A program made the translations under genes and the position numbers. Shown in pieces: positions 17,099-30,000 of a DNA stretch of 52,857 nt (position 1 is its first letter; each line of letters starts with the position of its first letter). Source of the stretch: a virus (Duplodnaviria > Caudoviricetes); the IMG/VR virus record IMGVR_UViG_3300045970_000732, positions 1 through 52,857 of that record, one strand, 5' to 3'. The notes beneath the pieces were generated by a model. It did not search any database, was not told the origin of the DNA, and saw only the letters and a list, made by a program, of their open reading frames with translations.

Positions 17099-18589
17099 AT
17101 GGCAACAGACGTTTTCTCACCCAATAAGACTAGCAAGGCGTATACTTCGTCGGCTGGCTCGGCCAACCCACGTAGCGTTCCTGTTCTTGGAATTGTCAAG
17201 AACAATGTAGACACCTATAGGACCGGACGATTAGAGGTGTGGCTACTAGATTCGATGAACAAAAATCCAAACGACAGTAATAGCTGGGTGACTGTTCGAC
17301 AAATGAGTCCTTTTTATGGTCTGACACCTACTTCATCGGCAACCACTGGTGAAGGTGAATATACGAAAAACCCTAACTCATATGGTGTATGGACTAGTCC
17401 ACCAGATATCGGCACTACTGTAGTGTGTATATTCATCGACGGGTCCATTGATCACGGGTTCTGCATAGGGTGCGTCATGCAACCAGACGCTCTACACATG
17501 GTTCCTGCCATTGGAGCCGCAGACAAGGTGACGCTAAACGAAGGCGAAGCAGCATCATTCGGTGGAGCTACTCGCCTACCGGTAACAAACCTCAACACCA
17601 ACAACGTTGGTATCAGAGACTCGGAAAAGTTTTTAGACGCAACGAAACCAGTCCATACCTATGCAGCTGGCATCCTGTTCAAGCAAGGTCTGCTCCGTGA
17701 TCCAATGCGCGGAACAATAGGAACATCATCCCAACGAGAATCCCCAAGTAGAGTGGGTTACGGCATCAGCACCCCAGGTAGGCCAATTTACGAAGGCGGC
17801 TTCACAGATCAGACGATTGAGAGTAGCCTCAAAGAATCACCTGAGAAGCTGAAAGTTGTCGGCCGGCGCGCCGGCCATAGCTTCGTCATGGACGATGGTG
17901 ACATCCGCGGCTATGACCAACTGATTCGCCTCCGCACAGCCACTGGCCACCAGATCCTGATGAGCGATGACGGTGAGACCCTTCACATAATCCATGCCAA
18001 CGGACAGAGTTGGGTTGAGCTAGGTAAAGAAGGAACGATAGACCTATATTCTACGAACAGCGTCAACATCCGAACACACGGTGATTTGAACCTACACGCA
18101 GACAACAACATCAACATCAACGCAGCAAAGACGCTGAATGTCGCCGCCGAGAAAATCAACATTAGTTCCGAGAAGGAAACGACACAACTTGTCGGCACCA
18201 ACTTCAGTTTTTATGCCAAGGCAAACTACACCGTCAAGGTAGGATCTGGGATGAGCATGGCATCATCGGGTCAGGCAAGCTACGCCAGCTCAAGCACAAC
18301 ATACATCAACGGCGCCATTATCAACCTGAACACTGGCGCCGCAGGACTGACCCCGACAGAAGTGAAACCAATCCCAATCGTCGCCCACACTGACACCCTA
18401 TATGATGCCACAGTAGGCTACGCAGCGGCCCCGGGCAAGCTTATGTCAATCACCAGTCGCGCCCCGGCACACGCACCATGGGCCTCAGCAGGTCTGGGTG
18501 TTGATGTCAAGGTCAGTCTGAGCGCATCTACGGAACTACCAGGCGCACCAAGCCCAGCAGTTCAGAACCTTAACGGAGCCGCAGAATGA
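17099..18589 (+). CDS. gp5: Baseplate central spike (gp5/VgrG-like; OB-fold plus beta-helix, no lysozyme domain evident)
   Basis: GIVKNNVD..RTGRLEVW, PPDIGTTVVCIF, GHSFVMDDG, RLRTATGHQILMSD, GQSWVELGKEGTID and beta-strand repeats. Confidence 0.8.
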   Translation: MATDVFSPNKTSKAYTSSAGSANPRSVPVLGIVKNNVDTYRTGRLEVWLLDSMNKNPNDSNSWVTVRQMSPFYGLTPTSSATTGEGEYTKNPNSYGVWTSPPDIGTTVVCIFIDGSIDHGFCIGCVMQPDALHMVPAIGAADKVTLNEGEAASFGGATRLPVTNLNTNNVGIRDSEKFLDATKPVHTYAAGILFKQGLLRDPMRGTIGTSSQRESPSRVGYGISTPGRPIYEGGFTDQTIESSLKESPEKLKVVGRRAGHSFVMDDGDIRGYDQLIRLRTATGHQILMSDDGETLHIIHANGQSWVELGKEGTIDLYSTNSVNIRTHGDLNLHADNNININAAKTLNVAAEKINISSEKETTQLVGTNFSFYAKANYTVKVGSGMSMASSGQASYASSSTTYINGAIINLNTGAAGLTPTEVKPIPIVAHTDTLYDATVGYAAAPGKLMSITSRAPAHAPWASAGLGVDVKVSLSASTELPGAPSPAVQNLNGAAE

Positions 18590-19491
18590 CCATACAAGTC
18601 ACCTCGGCTATAGCAGCAACGGTGCCGACACCAACAGCAATCAGCAAGGCGCTTGACAGACCTATCACCTCGGCCCTGATCGGTCAGGTGTCAGCAATGG
18701 CAGCATCAACGACTCAGGGAGCCACAACCGTAGGCTATGGGGTCACGACAACGGCCCGTGGTCTGGTCCCAACTGTGGGCACTCTGGCGATGACACCCAA
18801 GGAAATGGAGACAGCAGGAATCATCAAGCCAGGTGCGTCAACTCTTGTCACGGCACTCGTTGCCAAAGGACTGCCACTACAAAAAGCACTCACACCAAAC
18901 CTGTTCACCGGAGTAGCTGGCGCCGAGAGCCTGAAGTCACTTGCCGCAAACCCCATCGCCCAGGTGACAGCAGCCACAGGCAATCTTAGTGTAGCCCAGA
19001 AGGCCCTGACATCAGCAGGCGCCATCACAAGCAATCTCGCCGGAGTTGCCATCGCCGGCCTTGTTCTATCAGCGGCAAAGAACGGCGTCCCGGCAACCCT
19101 TGCGGCCCTGAAGAACGGTCTCTCTGGAATAGGTGACAAGCTCAACTCCATCAAGGATTCGATAGCCGGAGGCAACTTCGCCGCTAAGCTAGGTGCCGGA
19201 CTGTCAAGCATCGCTGACAAAGTGAAGGGCGCAGCCGCAGGGGCATTCGCCGCAGTCACCAGCACATTCAAGGCCCTCAAGGCCCGTGTCCCACAGAACC
19301 TTACAGCCATTGCCAATGGTCAGGCATCAAGTACCACACCAACCACACCAGCCCCGTCGGCCTGGAAGACCGACCCTGATACCGGCCAGACTGTGAGAAA
19401 CTATAGCGCCGAAGACGAGGCAAAAATGCGCGAAAGCTCAGCGAACATAAACGCAACGCTGTCAGCACCGTTCAAAACCGCAGGAAAATAA
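18586..19491 (+). CDS. Ala/Gly/Thr-rich hypothetical virion protein
   Basis: 301-aa ORF with ATGA overlap to gp5, inside the baseplate operon. Confidence 0.6.
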   Translation: MTIQVTSAIAATVPTPTAISKALDRPITSALIGQVSAMAASTTQGATTVGYGVTTTARGLVPTVGTLAMTPKEMETAGIIKPGASTLVTALVAKGLPLQKALTPNLFTGVAGAESLKSLAANPIAQVTAATGNLSVAQKALTSAGAITSNLAGVAIAGLVLSAAKNGVPATLAALKNGLSGIGDKLNSIKDSIAGGNFAAKLGAGLSSIADKVKGAAAGAFAAVTSTFKALKARVPQNLTAIANGQASSTTPTTPAPSAWKTDPDTGQTVRNYSAEDEAKMRESSANINATLSAPFKTAGK

Positions 19492-20142
19492 ATGGAAAAC
19501 GACACCTTCATCAACGTGGTCAATAACGCAGCCCCAACAAAAGTCCCGGGTCTCAGTGATATCACTACCGCTATCAAAGAGAAGCTAGGTGGAATGTCGG
19601 CCAGCCTGAATTCCCTGACTGGATCAGTAGGTGCGCTTGTAACCAAGGGCCTTGACGCATCAAAATTACAATCAGGCTTGACAGCACTGACAAATGCCGG
19701 CCTTGACCCGGCGGCACAGGCGAAATTGAAGGCGGCAATTGGTTCAATGGGCACCGGCATAAAACTACCTACAGCGGCTACAAACACGACAAATACATCC
19801 GAACAGAAGGCTGGCTTGTTCGCTCTTGCTGGTGCCAATGCGAAATTCGCGTTCCCCTCATCCGATAGCTTTCCGAAGCTTGGTGACGCCAAGATAAAAA
19901 TGCCGACTGCTGAAGAAGCAAAGAAATATGACGACAACAAGGCTGCGATTGCAGCGGCGGAGGAAGCCTACTTCAAACAGCGCATCACCACTGGCAACGC
20001 CCAACAAAAATATGAAGAGGCGAAAAATACACTGCCACAAGGCGATCCGACTGTGGAATCACTCAAATCAGTCTGGCTGGCCGAAAACGAAAAGCTCATA
20101 GCCGCTGAAAAGACGCTAAAAGCTCGTCAGGCCAACGCATAA
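19492..20142 (+). CDS. Hypothetical protein with C-terminal coiled coil
   Basis: 216-aa ORF abutting the previous stop. Confidence 0.6.
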   Translation: MENDTFINVVNNAAPTKVPGLSDITTAIKEKLGGMSASLNSLTGSVGALVTKGLDASKLQSGLTALTNAGLDPAAQAKLKAAIGSMGTGIKLPTAATNTTNTSEQKAGLFALAGANAKFAFPSSDSFPKLGDAKIKMPTAEEAKKYDDNKAAIAAAEEAYFKQRITTGNAQQKYEEAKNTLPQGDPTVESLKSVWLAENEKLIAAEKTLKARQANA

Positions 20143-20145
20143 ATA
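20138..20145 (+). promoter_or_regulatory. Late promoter variant CATAAATA (gp25)
   Basis: TAAATA core 4 nt upstream of the gp25 ATG. Confidence 0.6.
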
Positions 20146-20149
20146 CATT

Positions 20150-20599
20150 ATGACTTCATATATCGGGTTCAGCACCATCAATACCAACAAACCACGATTC
20201 TCGGATCAGAACGAGGCGCGCAATGGCGGCCCAGGCGGAATCAAGACCCCGATTCTCGTTGGTAAAAAGTATCGCCTTACTGATGAACAGCTTGTCATTC
20301 AAGACTTCCTGAATGCGCTGAATATCCCACAGGGTCAAAAAGTGGGGAACCCAGGATATGGGACAACGCTATGGTCGTTTGTATTTGAACCGAATACCGC
20401 TGATGTTCAGTATCAACTTGAAACTGAAATCCGTAGAGTGGCATCACAAGACCCGCGGCTCATCGTCAATCTGGTAAAGGCATTCCCACAAGAATCCGGC
20501 ATCTTGATTGAAGTTGAGTTAGCCATTGCCCCGTTCAACAACGCGCAAGTGATGAGTGTGTTCTTCAATAACGCAACTTCAACCGCTGTCATTCAATAA
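20150..20599 (+). CDS. gp25: Baseplate wedge subunit (T4 gp25-like)
   Basis: LNIPQGQKVGNPGYGTTLWSFVFEP...DPR: gp25/GPW family motif; precedes gp6. Confidence 0.9.
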   Translation: MTSYIGFSTINTNKPRFSDQNEARNGGPGGIKTPILVGKKYRLTDEQLVIQDFLNALNIPQGQKVGNPGYGTTLWSFVFEPNTADVQYQLETEIRRVASQDPRLIVNLVKAFPQESGILIEVELAIAPFNNAQVMSVFFNNATSTAVIQ

Positions 20600-20610
20600 A
20601 GAGAAATACC

Positions 20611-23600
20611 ATGGCTTCATCCACAAGACAATCAGCCTTATTTGGCACAAACGACTGGCAAGCAATTTATCAGACATTCAAGGAAGCTGATTTCAAAAGT
20701 TATGACTATGAAACTCTGCGTAAGAGCTTCATTGATTACCTGCGACTTCACTATCCGGAGACATTCAATGACTACATTGAAAGCTCGGAGTTCATTGCTC
20801 TACTTGATGTCATTGCGTTTATGGGACAGGGCCTGGCATTCAGAAACGATCTGAACACCCGCGAAAACTTCATTGACACCGCAGAACGCCGCGACTCTGT
20901 GGTGAAATTGGCAAATCTCGTCGGATACACTCCTAAGCGAAATCTCACCGGACAGGGCTATCTAAAGGTAGTCAGCATCAAGACGACACAGAACATCAAC
21001 GACATCAATGGGTTCAACATGTCCAACTTGCCGGTCCTATGGAATGACCCGGCGAACATCAACTGGCTTGAACAATACAACACCGTGGTCAACGCAGCAT
21101 TGGTCAACTCACAGCGCATCGGCAGACCAGGCAACAGCCAGTCAATCCTCGGTGTCAAGACAGATGAATATTCTCTGGTGATACCAACTACTAACCTGCC
21201 GGTGATTCCGTTCTCGGCTACAGTGAACGGCACCAACATGAACTTTGAACTAGTGTCATCAACTAGTATCAACCAAGCGTATGTTTACGAACTACCACCT
21301 GGACCAACGAGCAAGTTCAACCTGCTGTATCGCAACGACAAGCTTGGTTACGGCAGCCCAAACACCGGGTTCTTCTTCTACTTCAAACAGGGTTCCCTAC
21401 AGACATACGACTTCAGCCTGGGCCAGCGCATCTCCAACCAAGTTATTGACATCAACATTCAGGGCGTAAATGATTCTGACACCTGGCTCTACCAGATTGA
21501 TTCAAACACCGGTATCCCTGCACAATGGAAACAGGTAGAAAATATCTACGCCGATGCATATCTACAGAGTGAATCAAACTCCAGACAAATCTTCTCGGTG
21601 CTGTCCAGGTTCAACGATCAGGTCAGTTACTCATTCGGTGACGGTGTGTTCTCTGAGATTCCAGTCGGTAGCTTCCGCTCGTATGTTCGCACCGGAAACT
21701 CACAAACATACTCAATTGATCCGATGGAGATGCAAGGAATATCAGTGAGCATTCCGTATATAAGCCGCACTGGCAATACCGAAACACTGACCCTGGGTCT
21801 TGAACTGAAACTACCGGTGTCCAACGCTCAAGCCCGCGAGACATTGGCAAGCATCAAGCAACGCGCCCCAACTCGTTACTATACTCAAAATCGTATGGTG
21901 AATGGTGAGGACTATAACAACTTCCCATACACCCTTTATAGCTCAATCATCAAGAGCAAGGCTATCAACCGTTCCTCCGTTGGTGTGGCAAGAAATCTGG
22001 ACCTGCTTGACCCTACAGGAAAATATTCCAGCACCAACTCATTCGCAGCAGACGGTGCCCTCTACCAAGACACAACACTGACGAACTCTCTGCTGACGAT
22101 TACTAATACTGGTAGTATCATCAAGTTCCTCAATGACGACCTGGCATTCACACTGTCACGCTCACGCGCAGTTCAGCACTACCTACACAACTATGCCAGA
22201 TACGACATAAATTCCACAACCGGTGACGGAGTTATTTACTGGCAGGGAAAAACTGTTGATGCCAACAGCCTCACCGGCTATATGTTCAAGACAGTCAGCA
22301 CCATTGATATACCTATTCCAATCGGAACCTATTCATCGCACAACGCCAAATACATAACAACAGGGTCAATGATAAAGTTCAGCGCCCCACCAGGTCAATA
22401 CTTCAACACTGACAACCGTTTGGTGTCTGGTATTCGCGGACCATCCGACCTACCATTCATCTGGACCTCTGTGTTGAATGTCAATGGTGACGGATACAAC
22501 AACGGTCTTGGGGCATTCACAAATGGCCTTGGTCCGGTCACCCTCAGTGAGTTTGTTCCGACTGGAGCAATACTAACCCAAGTCATTCCGGCATTTGACA
22601 ACTCCCTATCGACGGCAGTCATTCAAGAGTGCGTCATCAGAATGGAGCTTCAGCAGAGCTTCTCGTTGGTGTTTGATAACTCACTGACTATAGCAGAGGA
22701 CCGCTGGGCAGTCAGTTCCTACACAGATTCAAAATATTTTGTCAGGCTACAGGCCCTCGGCAACAACCGTTACTCCATCACATATCGTGCCCTGGCATAC
22801 TATTTTGCGTCAGTAGCAGACACAAGATTCTCCTACGAGTCAGCAAAGTTGGTGTATGATCCATCGTCTGGAAAGCAGTTGCAGGATTATGTTAGTGTGT
22901 TGGCATCCAACACTCGCCCAGGCTCAAATGTTCCGTTGGTCACCGATATCACGATGAATGTCATCGGTCAAAATGTTGAATCCGATGGATACATCAACAC
23001 ATTTGAGGCTGAGGTTACCAGTATCAATGTCAATAACCGTAGCATGATTACCAACCCTGATTTCTTCAATGTCATCACCGGGTATGTTGACGGAGCAGCT
23101 AACAAAAACATTTATGCCTTCTTTGAACTCGTGGAGGACGCCATTCATCTGTCTCGTAAGCAATTGATCCCTACATCAACCGTTGATTATCTATACGAGA
23201 CAAAAACACAGATTGAACTGGTGAAATACGAATACAAAGAAGGTCAGATTTTCTACGCGACAGCAGAGAACAAATTCTACAAGACCGTCCAGGATACAAC
23301 AGTAACGACACCATATTTCATACTGACCGAACAAGCAAACTACTATATGAAGCCGGGCCGTCAAGGACTACGCTTCCAATATCGTCATAACTCAAACAAC
23401 ACAGCCCGCATCGACCCGGCGACCACGAACATCATTGACCTGTATATCGTTACCCAGCCATACTACACCGCCTACCGTAACTGGATTCAAGACACAACCA
23501 ACACCGTTGCCCAACCAGATATGCCCACGATCAATGAGCTGAATCAGGCATACAGCAACATCAATAACTATAAGATGATGAGCGACAGTGTGATTCTGAA

Positions 23601-23982
23601 TAGCGTGGTATTCAAGCCGTTGTTTGGTTCTAAAGCCGCGCCGGCTCTGCAAGCAACGATCAAGGTTATCAAGACACAGGGTACAAACGCCAGCGACAGT
23701 GAAATACGCTCAGCTACCCTCGCGGCGATGAACTCGTATTTTGACATCAACAACTGGGGCTTCGGTGATGTGTTTTACTTCTCCGAGCTAAGCGCCTATC
23801 TACATACGACACTGGCCAGCCTGGTCAACTCCGTAGTACTGGTGCCAAATGACCCAACGATGAGCTTCGGTGACATGTATGAGATACGCTCCACACCGTA
23901 TGAAATATTCGTCAACGCTGCGACAGCCGCCGACATAACGGTTATCACCTCGTTGACATCTGCCCAACTTCAGATACGATAG
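20611..23982 (+). CDS. gp6: Baseplate wedge subunit (T4 gp6-like)
   Basis: DYETLRKS, DYIESSEF.ALLD, ENFIDTAERRDSV..LA..VGY.P, FGDG.F, ET..SIK..AP..Y..QNRMV..EDY. Confidence 0.9.
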   Translation: MASSTRQSALFGTNDWQAIYQTFKEADFKSYDYETLRKSFIDYLRLHYPETFNDYIESSEFIALLDVIAFMGQGLAFRNDLNTRENFIDTAERRDSVVKLANLVGYTPKRNLTGQGYLKVVSIKTTQNINDINGFNMSNLPVLWNDPANINWLEQYNTVVNAALVNSQRIGRPGNSQSILGVKTDEYSLVIPTTNLPVIPFSATVNGTNMNFELVSSTSINQAYVYELPPGPTSKFNLLYRNDKLGYGSPNTGFFFYFKQGSLQTYDFSLGQRISNQVIDINIQGVNDSDTWLYQIDSNTGIPAQWKQVENIYADAYLQSESNSRQIFSVLSRFNDQVSYSFGDGVFSEIPVGSFRSYVRTGNSQTYSIDPMEMQGISVSIPYISRTGNTETLTLGLELKLPVSNAQARETLASIKQRAPTRYYTQNRMVNGEDYNNFPYTLYSSIIKSKAINRSSVGVARNLDLLDPTGKYSSTNSFAADGALYQDTTLTNSLLTITNTGSIIKFLNDDLAFTLSRSRAVQHYLHNYARYDINSTTGDGVIYWQGKTVDANSLTGYMFKTVSTIDIPIPIGTYSSHNAKYITTGSMIKFSAPPGQYFNTDNRLVSGIRGPSDLPFIWTSVLNVNGDGYNNGLGAFTNGLGPVTLSEFVPTGAILTQVIPAFDNSLSTAVIQECVIRMELQQSFSLVFDNSLTIAEDRWAVSSYTDSKYFVRLQALGNNRYSITYRALAYYFASVADTRFSYESAKLVYDPSSGKQLQDYVSVLASNTRPGSNVPLVTDITMNVIGQNVESDGYINTFEAEVTSINVNNRSMITNPDFFNVITGYVDGAANKNIYAFFELVEDAIHLSRKQLIPTSTVDYLYETKTQIELVKYEYKEGQIFYATAENKFYKTVQDTTVTTPYFILTEQANYYMKPGRQGLRFQYRHNSNNTARIDPATTNIIDLYIVTQPYYTAYRNWIQDTTNTVAQPDMPTINELNQAYSNINNYKMMSDSVILNSVVFKPLFGSKAAPALQATIKVIKTQGTNASDSEIRSATLAAMNSYFDINNWGFGDVFYFSELSAYLHTTLASLVNSVVLVPNDPTMSFGDMYEIRSTPYEIFVNAATAADITVITSLTSAQLQIR

Positions 23983-24006
23983 ATGATTTTGGGGGTTATT
24001 TTGTAT

Positions 24007-24014
24007 GATAAATA
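24007..24014 (+). promoter_or_regulatory. Late promoter variant GATAAATA
   Basis: Intergenic, 21 nt upstream of the giant ORF. Confidence 0.6.
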
Positions 24015-24035
24015 CAATATAACGAGACTACTTAC

Positions 24036-27000
24036 ATGGCCCCAAGAATCAGAACCCTTACATTTTTGCCGGAAATCTTCAAGACCGAGACAAACACTCA
24101 GTTTTTACAAGCAACACTGGACCAGCTAACTGCCCAGCCTAATCTTGAGCGAATTGAGGGATATGTCGGTAGTAAGTTCGGGTATGGCGTTGACGCCACT
24201 AAGAACTATGTCCTTGAGAGCACCAAGCCGCGGACCGATTATCAGCTGGCCCCGGCAGTGGTATTCACCAAGACGAACAACAGCACTGCCCAAGACTTCA
24301 TCAGCTACCCTGGTATTATTGATGCTCTGAAGGCCGAAGGCGGAGTCACAAACGATCATTCTCGCCTGTTCGGCAGTCAAATATATTCCTGGGACTCGTT
24401 TGCTGACCTTGACAAGATCACAAACTTCAACCAATACTACTGGTTACCTGAAGGACCCGAAGCCGTTACTATTGCCTCGTCAATCGTGTATAGCCAGGCT
24501 GCGTATGAAGTTACCGACGAAGTTACGAGCTACGCCATCACTGTAGATGGTCAGGCAACTCCGGTAAATAATCCTAACATTACGCTGATGCGCGGTGGAT
24601 CGTACACATTCAAGGTGTCGCAGGGCTCGCCGTTCTGGATTCAAGGCTCACCTGGTCTTACTGGGTACAGCGCCACACAGACAAACCTACAGACCCGTGA
24701 TGTCGTCGGGGTCACAAACAACGGCGCGTCCACCGGTGAAATCACCTTTGATGTGCCAAGCAATACAGCGCAAAGCGAGTACACTTCACTGCCAAATCTC
24801 ACTTCGAACCCATCGTTTACTGACTTCATTCTTGACTTTGTAAGCACAACACCATTTGCTGATATAGACGGAAAATTAGTAAGTGAGTTTGTTAATGGTA
24901 TCGACGGGGTTACCTCGATCAATGAAATGAACATCATGTTCTATGGTACCGCTGATCACAAACTCAATTTTTATACGGTTCAGTATGACATAACGAGTCC
25001 TGGGTCGTATACCGACCCTGTTATTAGACTGATAGCAGGGGCACTTATTCCAGAAAATTATAGAATTACCGCTGCTTCAGGTCTTGAGTATTCCAATCGC
25101 TCCTTCGTCAAGAAACCATCTGCTGATGTGACACTGATTCCATATCTCAGCACAATCCTTGATACGCTATACTACCAAGACGGCACTTCACCGAGTAAAG
25201 TTGGTATCATCAAAATCATTGATAGTAACAGTACCCATCAATTGGACATCACTGATATCATCGGTCAGAAAGCATACACCTCTGTCAATGGTGTGACATT
25301 TACAAACGGGTTGAAAGTCACCTTCGTGGGTGATGTGTATCCATTGGAATACAAAAACACACCGTTTTATGTCGAGGGTGTTGGTACTGCAATTGAACTA
25401 CTACCAGTAACAGACTTCGTTGCCCCTGAATTATTCACCAGCGCATCATACATACCATTTGACACGCAGGCATTTGACATTGGCAACTTTGACAGTAGCC
25501 TATATATCCCGTTGACACCTGACTACTTCACCATTGCCAGAAATGCCTCAAGCAAGAATGCATGGTCCAGAAGTAATCGTTGGTTCCACGTGGATGTCAT
25601 AAATGCGACTGCCACTCACAACAACAAACCAGAGCTTGCCACACTATACACAACAACTGCGAACAAAGCAAAGCGCCCAATTATTGAATTTTATCCGAAT
25701 ATTCGGTTGTTCAATTCCGGTGTCGTCGGTAAGAACCCAGTGGACTTCATTGACTTCCGTAGCACAGATGCCTTTGCTGATTGTGCTGGAAAGACACGCT
25801 ATCATCCTGATGTGGCATCGTTCACCGACTCGACGGCAGTGATTGCCGCCGCAACCACAACCACAACAACCACAATAAACCTATCCACTTCTGTGATCAC
25901 GGGTTCACTAGTAGTGGGGCAGTCTGTTGCTGACGCTGCTAATGTACTTCCATCATCCGCAGTGATATCTGCGCTTACTACTGTGACCTCCGCCGGATTT
26001 ACAAGAATCACCGGTGCTACCGTAACCTGGTCCGGCGACCACACCATTAGCACAACGACAACCTCTATAGTGACAACGCCCGACAGTGCCAACAACTACG
26101 AGTTATTTGATGGCGCCCGCATCATCTTCGCAGCAGATACAAACGCCGGTGTCAGAAACAAGATTTACCAGGCTAGACTGTCTGTGACGACACCAGGTCA
26201 ACAATTCATCACCCTGACTGAAACAAACGACAGTGTTGTCAACGAAGATGATCAGACATTTGTGTATCGCGGATACCAATACGCCGGAAAAGATGTTCAT
26301 TATCTTGGTGGCTACTGGTCAGACGCTCAGCAAAAGTCAATGATAAATCAAGCACCACTGTTTGATGTTTTTGATGACAACGGGATAAGCTTTGGTGATA
26401 CGTCGGTATATGCTGGCTCATCGTTCAAGGGCACGAAACTATTCGCCTATGGCATCGGCAGCGGCACTGATGACTCGGTGCTTGGGTTCCCACTGCGCTA
26501 TGGCTCGGTCAACAACATCGGTGATATCAGCTTTGACATCTCACTAAACATAGACACCTTCTCTCATGTTGTGAACTCACTTCCAGTCACGCAGAAGGTG
26601 AACACCGGATTCGTCCATCATTCTCACTTGGGAATGGGTACGATAGAGCGTCATATTGGATGGCAGTCGGCAATCGCCAGAAGCGAACAGTATCAAATAT
26701 TTGACTTCCCATATTATGCCGCACTTCCTAAAGTCATGGTATGTGATGTTGCAGCTAAATCTGCTTCAGTAAGCAAGTGGCCCACAGTCAAGGTGTATAT
26801 GAACAATGTGTTGATGAACAGCACCGAATACACACTGACCATCGGCACTTCAACGACCACAGTGACTTTGCTCGGAACCATCACCACCGATACAGCTATT
26901 CTAGTGGCGGTGTTGAGCGATCAGGTCAGTGCCGTAGCATACTATGACATCCCTACCAACTTCAACAGCAATCCATTGAACGCTGAAATGCAGGTGGCAA

Positions 27001-30000
27001 ATGTCGGAGACATCCGCCGTCATTATCAGTCAATATTCCATAACTCCCCTGACATGACAGGCGACTTGTTCGGGTCCAATAACTACCGTGATCTACCGAA
27101 CCAAATACCATATGGAACGAGCATCATCCAAAACAGTGCGTCATTGGTGTTGCCTGGAATATTCCTTAGAAAGAAAAATCATAATCTGTTCAACGCTCTG
27201 TTGTTCAACAGCAGAGAATACCTGACATTCAAATCTCTGTTGACTAACACCGTTGCCAATAGCGATTACACTGTGTCATTGACACCGTCAGATATGCTTG
27301 ATGATGCGATGATTCAAATCACCGCTGCTAAATCCGATACTGGGTCATTCTTCTGGAGCGATATGCTACCGTCCAAGGCGGCATTCATCTCTCATAGCTA
27401 CTTCTTCGCAAACTCAATGGACACCAGCGTGTTCCCACTGAGTAGAATATACGATTACACCACGGCGAATTACCATGGGGTGTTGGTATATCTGACCAGA
27501 AAAATAGCAGGACGAGTCCGAACCATACAGCTTGTCCGAGACATAGATTACACCATTGAAACGAGCCTGCCTAATGTAACTGTCACACGCGATCTGGCAC
27601 CAGGTGATAAGATCACAGTCAAGGAATTCAACCAGACATACGGCAGTTATGTGCCGAACACGCCTACTAAGATGGGAATGTATCCAGCCTCAGTACCAGG
27701 TGTTGTGCTTGACGATACCTTCATGACTCCGACATATTTTATCCGCGGTCATGATGGTTCCCTCACGAAACTATACGGTGATTACGATTCAGTAAACAAC
27801 CTGCTTGTTGACTTCAGAGACCAGGTTCTACTAGAGTTTGAAAATCGCATTTACAACAACCTCAAAATTTCAGCCGTTCTTCCTATTAGTGAAATGGATG
27901 TGATGCCTGGTTTCTTCCGTGATACTCCATTCAGTTACGATGAAATGATCGAGGTTTACTCCCCGGCATTTCTGAACTGGGTTGGTCAAAACAGAATTGA
28001 TTACAAATCGCAAGTTTACTCTGTGACCGATGAGTTCACCTACAACTATTACCAGACAAAAACTAAAGCTGGTAATGTCACAATGACTCCAGGGTACTGG
28101 AGAGGTGTATATACATATCTCTATGACACCTGCAACCCACACACAGCACCATGGGAAATGCTTGGTCACCGAGACATGCCATCATGGTGGACCGCACACT
28201 ATGGAGCAGCCCCATATACCAGTGACAACTTGGTAATGTGGACTGATCTGGCAAACGGACTCGACTGGAACAACGGCGATCCTGTGACGATCACTTCGGC
28301 TATTCGCCCAACGCTCCTCAGTATGCTCCCTGTTGATTCCAGTGGCAACCTGTTATCCCCCGCTGCCTCAATGGTCGGCAACAGCATCAATGCCAGTTAC
28401 AACCGTGCCTGGAAAGTCGGCGACATGGGCCCTGCAGAGGCAGCATATCGTCGCAGCAGTTCATGGCCATTCGATCTGATGCGTATATTCGCCCTGACAC
28501 AACCTGCGCAGTTCTTCAATCTTGGTATTGATCTGGACACCTACAAATACTCAGCAGAATTCGATCAGAACCTGGTGAACAATCGTAGTCACCTTGTGTT
28601 TGGTAAGATTCAGGTATATGGTTCTGGCTTACCAAAGACAAGCTACCTCAACTGGATAGTAGATTACGAAAAACAAATGGGTATTGATGCGACAACAAGC
28701 GTTTCCGAATCACTGAGAAATATTGATGTTCGCTTGGTCTACCGCCTCGCAGGCTTCAGTGACAAAAACATGCTGAAGTTCTATGTTGAAAAGGGAACAC
28801 CAAATAACAAGAACAGTTCGTTGCTAATTCCAGATGACAGCTTCAATGTGTTGCTGTATGATAACCAATCGTTCAACCAAATAACATACAGTGGTGTCGT
28901 CATTCAAATCACCACCACCGGATTCAAGGTGTATGGTAATTCTCAGGCGTATGCTTACTTCAAGACGCTGACACCAAAAATCAATGGAAACTACGATAAA
29001 GTTACGATTGAAAACATCAGCGTACAGCTAGCCAACGACTATTTCTCTTCGGAGATGCTTGTGCCGTATGGCACCGAATTCGCCAGTGTTCAGGAAGTAT
29101 GCCAGTTCCTTGAGAACTATGGCCGTTATCTCGTTCAACAGGGCTGTAAGTTTGACCTCATTGAAAACGGTCTTGAGATTACATGGCGCCAAATGGTCGC
29201 TGAGTTCGTGTATTGGGTTCAACAAGGGTGGGAAGTTGGGTCTCTCGTAAATATCAACCCGGCCGCAACGAAATTGACCATTGACAAAGACAGCAATATC
29301 GTCCAGCCGCTCACCCTACAACAACAAAACTTTGTGCTGAATCAGGACCTGTATCCGATCCAAGCGTCTGATCTTGTTGTCACTCGTAATAGCACCCTAT
29401 TCTCAGTTAGCCCGCTGCGCCAAGGTGACACCATTAGTTATGGCGTGTTCAACGTCAGTGCTATAGAACACGGAGTCGTGTTTGATAATGTCACTGTGTT
29501 TGATGATGTGATTTACAACCTGTCAACAGGTCTGAGACAGTCACGCATCATCCTCAAAGGAACAAAAACCGCCGCTTGGGATGGGTCTGTTGATGCCCAA
29601 GGCTTCATACTGAATCAGGATAACATACTGGACTGGGATTCTAATACCAAGTACACCACTGGTTCTATTGTCAAGTACAAGAACAAATACTGGATCGCCA
29701 CCAAGATCATCCAAGCAGCATTGACATTCGAGGATACATCCTGGAAACAGACTGACTACAACACCATTCAGAAGGGCTTGCTGCCTAATCCAAGCACACG
29801 CTCATACGAGAGTATCCTGTATTATGATGCGAACAAAGCAAATCTGGAGAACGATGCCGACCTGTTGAGCTTCTCTCTAATCGGTTATCGCCCGCGCGAA
29901 TATCTGAACATCGCTGACTTGTCGGATGTTACTCAGTTGAATGTATATCGGAATCTGATCAAGAACAAGGGAACTGCCATTGCAGCAAACACCTTCAAGG

